Source: Minisyncoccota bacterium
GTDB lineage: Bacteria > Patescibacteriota > Minisyncoccia > JBAYJV01
Assembly: GCA_041664925.1 (NCBI GenBank)
Contig: JBAYJV010000001.1
Coordinates: forward strand, 213,438-277,437
DNA length: 64,000 bases
Reading direction: 5' to 3'
Shown here: piece after piece, positions 1-8,265 of the stretch
Position numbering within the stretch: the first letter of the stretch is position 1
Layout: each line of letters starts with the position of its first letter
Translations under genes and position numbers: made by a program
The notes under the pieces: generated by a model
What the model saw: the letters and a program-made list of their open reading frames with translations, nothing else
Told to the model about the DNA's origin: nothing
Database searches by the model: none

Positions 1-179
1 ATATTTTCAACCGTACCCATAACGATTTTTCCTGTGTAATCGTTATGTTCCGATTCAGCTGCAAACTCTTCAGTGTTTTTCTTTAAATATTCTTCTAGTT
101 TGTCGTTGTGTTGACCATTAAAATCCCATTCATAGAGAGTTTGCATGGCAACACTTCGAGCTAAATGTCTTGAGCCCAT
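1..179 (-). CDS. nusB: Transcription antitermination factor NusB, N-terminal part (gene continues past window start)
   Basis: Minus-strand ATG at 179. Translation MGSRHLARSVAMQTLYEWDFNGQ... resembles the NusB N-terminus. Confidence 0.55.
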   Translation of the reverse strand, partial: MGSRHLARSVAMQTLYEWDFNGQHNDKLEEYLKKNTEEFAAESEHNDYTGKIVMGTVEN

Positions 180-229
180 TATAGTATAGAACTAATGAAC
201 ACAGATTAGAGAACAAATAATTCGTAAAA

Positions 230-559
230 TTATTCTACTTTTAATTCCTGCGCCCCCATTTCTCTTAATAATTTATTAAGTTCGATAAGCGCATTTGCTA
301 CTTCAAGGCGCACGAAGTCTGCTTTTTCTTCATTTCTGTCTATCATTCCTCCGCTATCTGGTATCATATGTGCCATATTGTATAGTTGCTCGAGCGGGGC
401 ATAACATTCCTCAATGGGCCTATGTAATTTTCTGATTTCTTCTCTTAACTTATTTTCTGTTTCTAGATTTTTTAAAAGTTCTGCTATATGTTCTGGTGTA
501 TTTTTATCTTCCAATTGATCGCCTTGCTCTTGTCCTGGCTTTAATTCTTGTTCTGACAT
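230..559 (-). CDS. hypothetical acidic helical protein (start taken at MSEQELK; the longer track ORF needs a TTG start)
   Basis: ORF track; no SD; lies between rpmF and nusB. Confidence 0.35.
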   Translation of the reverse strand: MSEQELKPGQEQGDQLEDKNTPEHIAELLKNLETENKLREEIRKLHRPIEECYAPLEQLYNMAHMIPDSGGMIDRNEEKADFVRLEVANALIELNKLLREMGAQELKVE

Positions 560-644
560 ATTGTTAAATTTATAAATTAAATATAAAAATCTACTTATTC
601 TGAGCTTGTTAAAGAATTTCCATATCCGTGACAATGCGTTTTGT

Positions 645-932
645 TTAGTGCTTTTTTGAAAGATCGCCTAAGTCCAATGGCTTATTGGCTTTTGTGTCTT
701 TTTCTTCTTTGGCTAATTGTTTTGATTTTTCTTTTTTCTCTTTCTTGTCCAATTTTGCTAAAACATCCACTCTTTTTATTCCTTTATAATAGCCGCAGTT
801 TGAACAAAGATTATGAGGTAAAACTGGTTCACCGCAATGAGAACAGACCCTCAGGTCTATTTTTTTAATCTTAAGATGAGAGCGTCTTTGGTTGCGTCTG
901 GAAGTTGTGTGTCTCTGTTTTGGGACGGGCAT
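645..932 (-). CDS. rpmF: 50S ribosomal protein L32 with Lys/Glu-rich C-terminal extension
   Basis: MPVPKQRHTTSRRNQRRSHLK N-terminus and CxxC...CxxC zinc ribbon typical of L32. Confidence 0.8.
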   Translation of the reverse strand: MPVPKQRHTTSRRNQRRSHLKIKKIDLRVCSHCGEPVLPHNLCSNCGYYKGIKRVDVLAKLDKKEKKEKSKQLAKEEKDTKANKPLDLGDLSKKH

Positions 933-1049
933 GAATCAATAAACATTAAAAATGAATAAACATTCTTTCTTGCGAAAGTACGACTTTCCTTGGAAAGTAA
1001 AGTTAATGGTAGCAAATAATCTTGGAAAAGTAAAGAGGGGTTGGTCCTT

Positions 1050-1559
1050 TTACAAAAAAGAGTAAAGTAAAAAGCTTAAAAGCCAGCCTAAAACAGCTCC
1101 GCCCACAATATCAATCGGCCAATGAAGACCGGTAATGATTCGACAAATACCCACTATCAGGCCCATGACCAATACTACCGAACCAAAGATGGGTGAAAAA
1201 TAAAAAATAATTGTTCCTGCGGCAAATAAAGGAGCTGCGTGTCCCGAAGGAAATGCCGGATCATTTTTTTTCTTTTTTAATAATATTTTAGTTTTTTTAT
1301 TAAGATATGGCCGCTCTGTGAAATGAAGAGTCTTAATTAAAACTGCTGCCACCCATGAAAAAGTGCTAATCAACCCAATAGCTATTAAAGAATAACGGCT
1401 TAAGCCAAAGATTTTTGCTAACGAAGGCACCAGAAATAAGATTCCTAAAAAAATTGTAAAATAAAAAACAAAATCTCTTGCCCAGAAGATAAAAAATCTA
1501 TCAAGTTTTTTCGATCTTCCTACCAAGTTATTTAGTTTGAAAAATATTACTCTGTTCAT
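1050..1559 (-). CDS. PAP2-family membrane phosphatase (undecaprenyl-diphosphatase-like)
   Basis: PSGHAA and HWPIDIVGG PAP2 motifs; multiple TM segments. Confidence 0.7.
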   Translation of the reverse strand: MNRVIFFKLNNLVGRSKKLDRFFIFWARDFVFYFTIFLGILFLVPSLAKIFGLSRYSLIAIGLISTFSWVAAVLIKTLHFTERPYLNKKTKILLKKKKNDPAFPSGHAAPLFAAGTIIFYFSPIFGSVVLVMGLIVGICRIITGLHWPIDIVGGAVLGWLLSFLLYSFL

Positions 1560-1568
1560 CTTTTAATT

Positions 1569-2804
1569 TTACATATGCTCACCGAGCTCGCCTTTGATTA
1601 TATCTTTATGTTCTGCTATTCTCTTTTCAAAAACTTTTCCCAAAATACCTGCCAAGAAAATTGAAAGTGCCGCTATTGGAAAGAAAATAACAATTCTCGA
1701 GTCAGGAAAGAGCAAGAAGAAAAAACCAGCAAAAGCGTAGATAAAAAAAGTACCCAAGTTTTGGACAACTTCACAAAAGACAATAAATCTCCCTTCATGA
1801 ATCCTTTCTCTTTGGGTCGTATCATAAATATAGGCAGTTAAAGGAGTTGTATCTAAGGTATCGCCAATTTGAAGGAAACTTTGAGCGGCGACCGCTGAAG
1901 GAGCTCCTTGGACAAAAATTTTGGCAATTTGACCAAGTGATGCCAAGAAACAGCCCGATCGAAACACTTTTATTTTATCGTACTTATCAGTTGCATGAGC
2001 CGTATAGAAAATTATTACTAAAGAAAGTAGTAGAGATATAGAACTAATAATTCCCAAATTGGCGTAATTGATTGCTATAATGAAAAGGAAAAGAGGCCAA
2101 AAAATTGTACTAATCCCAGAGTCAACTCCGTAAAGCATTAAAGATAATGTTTTTAATCGCCATCCTTTTTTGAAAATAAGACCAATTGCTGATTTATATG
2201 AATCTTGATAATGGGGCTTAATTTCAATGCTCAATATCAGAGGAATCATAGATAAAAGAAGAATAATCGTAACAATAATAAATAAAATATGAAAACCAAA
2301 CTCTGTTAAAATGAAAGCTCCTATCAATGGTCCCGCAACTGATCCAGCTAGCGTGATGACATTTAAAAAGCTTAACTGTTTTCCCCTTTTCTTTCTGCTT
2401 GATAATTTTGCAAAATCGGCATGAAAAGCCGGAAGAAAAGTGATTCTATAAAGAGTTGCTGCTATGGGCGCCAAATAAATTAACCAAGCCATTTTCCCTG
2501 AAAAAAATAAAAGAAGATAAAATGCCATTAAAAACGGGATTGAAAGAAGCATGCTATGCTTAACTCCGTACCTGGCCATTAATCTGCCACCAAGAGGAAC
2601 AAGTAAACTGTGTCCTCCTAAAATAAAAGCGTAAAACAAAAAAACCTTAGAAAGACTATTTCCAAAAAAAGTATAAAGAAAAATTGGTTCGTAAAGACCA
2701 ATTAACTGAATGCCGAAACGTCTTAATCCAACACTGTAATAAATCTCATCTACGCTTCGATGAATGAAATAATTGAAAATATGTTTGGGTCTATGAAAAA
2801 TCAT
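1569..2804 (-). CDS. polytopic membrane transporter (MFS-like)
   Basis: 411 aa, about 12 hydrophobic segments; no specific motif recognised. Confidence 0.4.
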   Translation of the reverse strand: MIFHRPKHIFNYFIHRSVDEIYYSVGLRRFGIQLIGLYEPIFLYTFFGNSLSKVFLFYAFILGGHSLLVPLGGRLMARYGVKHSMLLSIPFLMAFYLLLFFSGKMAWLIYLAPIAATLYRITFLPAFHADFAKLSSRKKRGKQLSFLNVITLAGSVAGPLIGAFILTEFGFHILFIIVTIILLLSMIPLILSIEIKPHYQDSYKSAIGLIFKKGWRLKTLSLMLYGVDSGISTIFWPLFLFIIAINYANLGIISSISLLLSLVIIFYTAHATDKYDKIKVFRSGCFLASLGQIAKIFVQGAPSAVAAQSFLQIGDTLDTTPLTAYIYDTTQRERIHEGRFIVFCEVVQNLGTFFIYAFAGFFFLLFPDSRIVIFFPIAALSIFLAGILGKVFEKRIAEHKDIIKGELGEHM

Positions 2805-2814
2805 TGTGTGTCTT

Positions 2815-2890
2815 TTAATTAGTCTCTGAGGACTTGTCTCTCAGGGCTAATCCCTGAGGACTTGTCTCTCAGGGTCAATCCCTGAGGATT
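2815..2890. repeat. tandem ~30-nt hairpin repeat (CCTGAGgacttgtctCTCAGGG x2 plus partial third copy) in the tsaC/transporter spacer
   Basis: direct reading of 2821-2885. Confidence 0.7.
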
Positions 2891-3447
2891 CTTGGAACAT
2901 TTCCAGAAGCATCAATCACTTTTGATGGCTTATGTTCTTCCAGTTCTCCGCCATCTAAAATTAAATCTGGCCTTATCTTTTCTTTTTTAAAAATTTCTAT
3001 AATCCTTCTTATGTCATTCCCTAATGGTTCACCAGAAAGATTGGCTGATGTTTGAGCAAGGGGAAATCCTAGCTCGTCTATGAGCGCTATTACTAGCTGG
3101 GAATTGGGAATACGAATACCAATTGTTTCCTTTTGAAAGGGGAGTTGTCTTATAAGTGGTAAAACAAAAGTATTGGCCGATTCTAATAATCTTTCCTGGT
3201 CTTTTCTTATTGTAGCATAATCTCTGGCCATCAAGATATCCCCAACGAAAGTCCCTATTGGCTTTTCTATGTCTCTTTTTTTTATCTCGAAGATTTTTCT
3301 AATCGCTACCTCGTCAGTCGCATCACACACCAAACCATAAACCGTGTCCGTTGGCACAATAACCACGCCGCCTGATTTGATCACATTGGCAGTTTTTTGA
3401 ATAACTGTTTCATTTAAATTTTCCAAATCAATTTTTAAAATTTCCAT
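2875..3447 (-). CDS. tsaC: L-threonylcarbamoyladenylate synthase (YrdC/TsaC family)
   Basis: VIVPTDTVYGLVCDA YrdC signature; length 190 aa. Confidence 0.8.
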   Translation of the reverse strand: MEILKIDLENLNETVIQKTANVIKSGGVVIVPTDTVYGLVCDATDEVAIRKIFEIKKRDIEKPIGTFVGDILMARDYATIRKDQERLLESANTFVLPLIRQLPFQKETIGIRIPNSQLVIALIDELGFPLAQTSANLSGEPLGNDIRRIIEIFKKEKIRPDLILDGGELEEHKPSKVIDASGNVPRILRD

Positions 3448-3493
3448 AATAGACAGATTTTAACATTCAAATTATAAAATAAAAAGGTCGGAG

Positions 3494-3880
3494 TTATTGC
3501 TCCGACCTTGTCATTTTCTCAAGCACTTCTTGTTTCTTTAGTTCTTCTTCTAGTTTATCTAGATACTTGAGAACTGCCCTCCGTTCTTTTTGGCTAAGAC
3601 CATAGAAATTTCCTTGCCTGAGATGATCCATAGTCTCCCGTAAGATTGTGATTCTTTCTTTTTGAGAAAGTCTTAATGCTTCCTCAAAAATTCTTAATCT
3701 ATCTTGTCTACCCGCCCTAACGACTGATATTTCATCTTGCGCTTCTACTTTTCTTGATGCTTGCAATTCTTCTAATGCGCAATCGATAATATTACGAATT
3801 ATGTCTTTTTGATATTCTGCTAAAGATTCAGAGTATCTATTAGCTGCTTCAAGCGCGTTAACCAGTCTCAGCGAGATCAT
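3494..3880 (-). CDS. hypothetical helical protein (start at MISLRL after SD AAAGGAGG)
   Basis: own promoter TTGACT-17-TACGAT at about 3905-3933 (minus strand); terminator hairpin 3470-3500. Confidence 0.5.
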   Translation of the reverse strand: MISLRLVNALEAANRYSESLAEYQKDIIRNIIDCALEELQASRKVEAQDEISVVRAGRQDRLRIFEEALRLSQKERITILRETMDHLRQGNFYGLSQKERRAVLKYLDKLEEELKKQEVLEKMTRSEQ

Positions 3881-3954
3881 TATTTCCTCCTTTTTGTTAG
3901 ATTTCTTTTTCTCTCCGTATCGTATCACGCTTAGAATAAAGAGTCAAGACATAT

Positions 3955-3982
3955 AAAAAAAGGCGAGCCTTGCTCGCCTGTA
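3955..3982 (-). terminator. intrinsic terminator (GGCGAGCaaGGCTCGCC + T run) after ORF 3988-4881
   Basis: hairpin followed by T-run on the minus strand. Confidence 0.6.
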
Positions 3983-3987
3983 ATGAT

Positions 3988-4881
3988 TTACATCTTCCTC
4001 AAGGCTTCATCAACAACTTGAAGCACAGGAGTAGTCTTGTAAGGATAAACACCCTCCACTGCTCCCTGATGTTTGCCAGATTGCCAACTGGCAACGATTT
4101 TCCCTGTTGGTTTAAACCCCTCTAATTCATAAGCATTAACCACTCGGTTAATAGGCTTATTACCAACAACTTCTCCATCGAGAACAATTAGATCTCCAAG
4201 CTTACAATCTAGCTTCAGGTGAAGTATTGTAAGAACATCAATCCCTCTAGTTTTGCGATCCAGACAAACTAGTGCTTGACAAATACGTTCTTTGCCTCGC
4301 CAAACAACTTTTACTTCCTGCGTAAAAGGAGTATCAATAAGAGACGCTTTAACTTCGTACAAGGGAACACTGCTTAGCTCTGAAAAAAGCCTTGATCCGC
4401 TTCTAACAATTTCTTCAAGTGCCAAATCAAAACCGAAATGATCTTGTTCAAGACATGGGCACACTAGACCGGTCGGCGTCTTCAGGAAAACTTCCTCTAC
4501 CCCTTCTCTTAGTGCAGTTCTCAGAGGATAACATATCTCTTCAATAGATCCTCCCAGACCTGAACCAATCGTATCACAATCAGGATAACTAGGCGCTCCT
4601 TTATCTCGATGAAGAGCCAATAAAACTTGCTGGCCATCGCTCAATTCGACAATCATCGCTGCTCCACCAGCTGGCCAACGCCAATCAGTGTTTGAACTAG
4701 CCTCAATGACCTTGCGGCTAAGCTTATTGACTGCCACAGAAGGATTATCAGCTATTTCAACTCGCAGATGTCCTGGTGTAATAGTAACATCAGATGTTTG
4801 TACTAGTAAAAAGGTCTCTTTTTCTTGAATTGCCAACAACTCCGCTAGTGTCAGCAAGGGAATCTGTCTCACCTCATCCAT
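3988..4881 (-). CDS. hypothetical protein, paralog A of a divergent pair (start MDEVRQ after SD AAAGGAGG)
   Basis: shares ...V.L..LhRD... and ..GG..IEE motifs with 5064-6014; G+C visibly higher than neighbours. Confidence 0.5.
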   Translation of the reverse strand: MDEVRQIPLLTLAELLAIQEKETFLLVQTSDVTITPGHLRVEIADNPSVAVNKLSRKVIEASSNTDWRWPAGGAAMIVELSDGQQVLLALHRDKGAPSYPDCDTIGSGLGGSIEEICYPLRTALREGVEEVFLKTPTGLVCPCLEQDHFGFDLALEEIVRSGSRLFSELSSVPLYEVKASLIDTPFTQEVKVVWRGKERICQALVCLDRKTRGIDVLTILHLKLDCKLGDLIVLDGEVVGNKPINRVVNAYELEGFKPTGKIVASWQSGKHQGAVEGVYPYKTTPVLQVVDEALRKM

Positions 4882-4974
4882 CTTTGTTCCTCCTTTATAG
4901 AACAGGACTTTTTGTCCCGCACCATAAACACGTTGTTTAAAGTACTGTATCTGTATTCTATGGTATTTTTTTAA

Positions 4975-5031
4975 AAAAGTCAATCTATTTAGTAATATTA
5001 TTGACAAGTTTGAAATAATTTGATAGGATGT
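4975..5031. promoter_or_regulatory. back-to-back divergent sigma70-like promoters (minus: TTGACT-17-TAGAAT; plus: TTGACA-17-TAGGAT)
   Basis: hexamers read directly; -35 boxes about 20 bp apart. Confidence 0.6.
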
Positions 5032-5063
5032 TGTCAGTTCTCAAACAAAGCATAAAAGGAGAC

Positions 5064-6014
5064 GCAATGACTTTCAAACAATTAAGCGAAGTGACTGGTC
5101 AAAGAGTTGATCTTTTGACTGTAAGAACAACTAATGCTAGTGTTTTTCAGAATCAATTAGTAGTTCATCTTAATCCAGATCCCGAAGTTTTAACAACTTC
5201 TCGCGAGCGAAGAGAGCACGGTCAAAGTGACAATCACGAATGGCTTAAGTCCCAGATTAAAAAAGTAGAGAGTTCTTCTTCTATAGCAATTATTAATGTA
5301 GCTGACCAAGATCATCCTCTTGAGGTTGTCACGGGAGATGTCTGTGTTGTCCTTGTCGTTGAAGGCAAGCGCTATATTGTGAGCTTGTTGCGAGATATCT
5401 GGCCTGTGGGCTGGCTTAGTCCGGGAGGATGTCCCAGAAGTTTTATAGAACTTTTGAATATTGTGGCTGTGGCTGAAAGAGAAGCTTGTGAAGAACTGAT
5501 CATTGCTGACACTGATATCAATATCTATGTCTTAGATTCTCCTCAAAATGTAGCACGTCACAAAGAAATACTAAGAATTCTTGGACTTTATGAACACAAG
5601 CAGAAATTCCATTTCCTCTGCACAGCACAGGTGCGAGAATTAAGTCCCTATCCTGGACATGCTAATCGTTTAACTATCTACCAAGGCGGAGAACAACTTT
5701 GCGATATCGGCAATCTCAATCTGTCTATTGATCCTGTGACAGCTTCTGTCGCAGCGACGCTTTATTGGGAAATTGAGCTGCCTATTCCTTTGTCTAAACT
5801 TCGCCTGTTTGATGGAGAGCTTCTTCCTGACGGATCACTTCTCGGTCGCCCGGTAAGACTAACCCAAAAAATTGCTCTTGCCGAAGCGCCAAGTAATGAC
5901 AAAGACGAAGTTGCCGCGCTTTTCTATCGCGGAATCAATGTTCTTAATACCAGCTGGCTAAGCCCGACCATGGCTTCCAGAATCGTTGATCCCAAACAAC
6001 CTGTTCTTTCTTAA
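5064..6014 (+). CDS. hypothetical protein, paralog B (start MTFKQLS after SD AAAGGAG; the track start at 5028 lies inside the -10)
   Basis: motif similarity to 3988-4881; promoter and SD positions. Confidence 0.5.
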   Translation, partial: AMTFKQLSEVTGQRVDLLTVRTTNASVFQNQLVVHLNPDPEVLTTSRERREHGQSDNHEWLKSQIKKVESSSSIAIINVADQDHPLEVVTGDVCVVLVVEGKRYIVSLLRDIWPVGWLSPGGCPRSFIELLNIVAVAEREACEELIIADTDINIYVLDSPQNVARHKEILRILGLYEHKQKFHFLCTAQVRELSPYPGHANRLTIYQGGEQLCDIGNLNLSIDPVTASVAATLYWEIELPIPLSKLRLFDGELLPDGSLLGRPVRLTQKIALAEAPSNDKDEVAALFYRGINVLNTSWLSPTMASRIVDPKQPVLS

Positions 6015-6033
6015 GATTTGAATACAACTAGAT

Positions 6034-6066
6034 ATGTACGAGGTTCGACCTCGTACATTTTATTTA
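6034..6066 (+). terminator. intrinsic terminator ATGTACGAGGTtcgaCCTCGTACAT + T run
   Basis: perfect 11-bp stem; the same stem recurs at 25974-25998. Confidence 0.7.
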
Positions 6067-6122
6067 TCAATATTTATTGATTAAAAAAACAGGGTTTTCT
6101 TTTACAAAAAACCCTGCTATTT

Positions 6123-6347
6123 CTAAGTTGCGGTCGCAATTTCCCTTCTAATCTGATCTCTGATATCGGCGTCTTCACTATCTGTTAAACCAAGGGCAAG
6201 TCTCATTCCATATAATTTTTGCCATGTATCGCTTTCCTCTTTAAGAGTGTACTCTATTTTGTGCTTCTTGCATTCCTCTGGTCTTAATATAGATTTTTTT
6301 ACTTCTCTCTCATAAACTTCCCGCCCTTCTTCGATAGTTTTGTGCAT
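6123..6347 (-). CDS. hypothetical 74-aa protein (start MHKTIEEG, 6 nt after GGAGGGG)
   Basis: preceded by the full leader module; terminator hairpin 6084-6118 on the minus strand. Confidence 0.5.
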   Translation of the reverse strand: MHKTIEEGREVYEREVKKSILRPEECKKHKIEYTLKEESDTWQKLYGMRLALGLTDSEDADIRDQIRREIATAT

Positions 6348-6473
6348 TTTCCCCTCCATTAGAGATTGTTGCTGAACTACAGTGAAGTTAGAAACTCTTA
6401 GGTCCCGGCTTGCCGGGACCACATTTATTTCCAAGAACTATCGACATCCTAACACATTAATAATTTTTGTCAA
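6348..6473 (-). promoter_or_regulatory. promoter (TTGACA-16-TAGGAT) plus conserved 5' leader: AGTTCTT box, GGTCCCGGCAAGCCGGGACC hairpin, TAAGAGTTTCTAAC..., ...AATCTCTAATGGAGG
   Basis: exemplar of a leader family seen at 10 or more loci in this window. Confidence 0.6.
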
Positions 6474-6527
6474 GAATTCAGCGTTCTCTGTTCTGAATTC
6501 TATATTCTAACTTCTGACTTCTGGTTT

Positions 6528-7037
6528 TTATTCTATTTTCCCCATTTCTATTTTAAACCACGGCGCATAAATTTCTGGATGGTTTTTTATGTCTTGTTTT
6601 AAGTCTTCAATATCAACCCATTTCCATTCTTCAATTTCTTCTGGATTTGGTTTTATTTCATCGCCCTCATATTCTCCAAAAAAAACTGAACACAATTCAT
6701 TCTCAGAACCAATATCTTTATATTTTACTTTATAAGAAAATTTAAATTTATGTTCCAATTCAGCTTCAATGCCTACTTCTTCTTTAAGTCGTCTTTTTGC
6801 CGCATCAAGATATTCTTCGTCTTTTCTTGGATGGCTGCAGCAAGTATTCGCCCAAAATCCTGGCCAAAGCATTTTACCTTGCGCTCTTTTTTGAATAAGC
6901 AATTTTCCTTCACTATTAAAAATAAAAATAGAAAAAGCGCGATGCTTTTTTCCTTCGCCTAGATGAGCTTTTAACTTTTCTTCGCACCCTAAAATATTAT
7001 CTTGTTCATCCACCAAAACTAAAATATCTTGTCGCAT
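6528..7037 (-). CDS. idi: isopentenyl-diphosphate delta-isomerase, type 1 (Nudix fold)
   Basis: WPGFWANTCCSHP and EE..LDAAKRRLKEEVGI motifs. Confidence 0.75.
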   Translation of the reverse strand: MRQDILVLVDEQDNILGCEEKLKAHLGEGKKHRAFSIFIFNSEGKLLIQKRAQGKMLWPGFWANTCCSHPRKDEEYLDAAKRRLKEEVGIEAELEHKFKFSYKVKYKDIGSENELCSVFFGEYEGDEIKPNPEEIEEWKWVDIEDLKQDIKNHPEIYAPWFKIEMGKIE

Positions 7038-7200
7038 AAGTTTAAAAAATTCAAAACGCAAAGCGCAAATCTCAAAGCCACAGCTCAAAATTAAAAACTA
7101 ATAAATTATAAGATTAAAAAGATTTTAGTTTTAAGTTTAGTTTTGACTTTTGAACTTTGAGTTCTGAGTTATCAATGAGTTAATTCAAAATTCTATAATA

Positions 7201-8193
7201 TTATCCCAATATCTCCATAATCGTTTTTGCCAATTTATCCGAATCATGACGAATCAAGGTTCGTTTTAATAAATCACTTTTTTCTTGTTTGTGAATTTCT
7301 CTACTTAACAAATTTTTACCTATAAATACCTTGCCATCTTTTTTGAAATTCTTTTCAGATGGAACCTTTACAAGTTCGCCTTCTTTATTATATTTATTAA
7401 GTAATTTTTTGTCAGGCGTTTCTGTATTAAATAAAACAATGTCAATTGTATTTTTTTCTAGATAACTTTCAATGGTTTGAACAAAATCAAATACAGAAGA
7501 ATTGTCAGCCTGACCATGTTTGGTCATTAAATTAATATTATAGAGAATCTTTGCTTTGGTTTGTTTTAGTGCTTTTGTAACACCATCAACTAAAAATAGA
7601 GGAATTAAGCTTGAGTAAAAATTGCCCGGCCCGATGATAATCAAATCTGCTTCTTTGATTGCAAAAAATGCTCTTGGATTTATTTTCGCTTTTGGTTGCA
7701 AAAATATTCTTTTTAGAGGATGTTTCCTTAATAATTTACATTCGGTAATTTCGTGTTCGCCAAAAAGGATCTTGCCATTTTCTAGTTCTGCCAATAATTT
7801 TGCTTTATTTAAAGTTACAGGAATGACTTTGCCTTGCAATGCTAAAATCTGATGGAGTTTTTCAAGCGCTTGATCAAAGCCACCTTCCATTTTTTCCAGC
7901 GCGGAGATCAAAAGATTGCCTAAGTTATGGCCCTTGAGTCCTCCTTTTGTAAAACGGTAACAAAAAAGCTCGCGCATAATTTCAGAAGATTCTGAAAGCG
8001 CTACCAAGCATTGTCTAATATCTCCGGGAGGAAGCACGCCCAATTCATCGCGTAAGATTCCGCTTGAACCGCCATCATCGGTCATAGCAACAATCGCGCT
8101 AAGATTAACTGGGTATTTTTTTAATCCACGCAAAACTGTATAGGTTCCAGTTCCTCCGCCCATAACAACAATTTTTTTTGTTTTAGCTGTCAT
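7201..8193 (-). CDS. YvcK/CofD-like gluconeogenesis factor family protein (UPF0052)
   Basis: KIVVMGGGTG...TDDGGSSGILR signature. Confidence 0.7.
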   Translation of the reverse strand: MTAKTKKIVVMGGGTGTYTVLRGLKKYPVNLSAIVAMTDDGGSSGILRDELGVLPPGDIRQCLVALSESSEIMRELFCYRFTKGGLKGHNLGNLLISALEKMEGGFDQALEKLHQILALQGKVIPVTLNKAKLLAELENGKILFGEHEITECKLLRKHPLKRIFLQPKAKINPRAFFAIKEADLIIIGPGNFYSSLIPLFLVDGVTKALKQTKAKILYNINLMTKHGQADNSSVFDFVQTIESYLEKNTIDIVLFNTETPDKKLLNKYNKEGELVKVPSEKNFKKDGKVFIGKNLLSREIHKQEKSDLLKRTLIRHDSDKLAKTIMEILG

Positions 8194-8265
8194 TGGAATT
8201 AATATTTTAAAATAATGAATTTTTCCAGCACTTTTCACTTTTAATTTTTAACTTTGCATTTCTTA

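Noticed and set aside
641-868. 75-aa + strand ORF
   Set aside because: Antisense to rpmF (L32). The hydrophobic low-complexity translation is typical of AT-rich antisense frames.
5028-5063. Upstream ATG start for ORF 5028-6014
   Set aside because: This ATG lies inside the -10 box of the promoter. The downstream ATG at 5064 has an AAGGAG SD at correct spacing.
3988-6014. LOG/SLOG-family assignment for the paralog pair
   Set aside because: The PGG..EE-like motif is present, but the spacing from the upstream G-rich element is about 40 aa rather than the 60-80 aa expected in LOG. Left as hypothetical.
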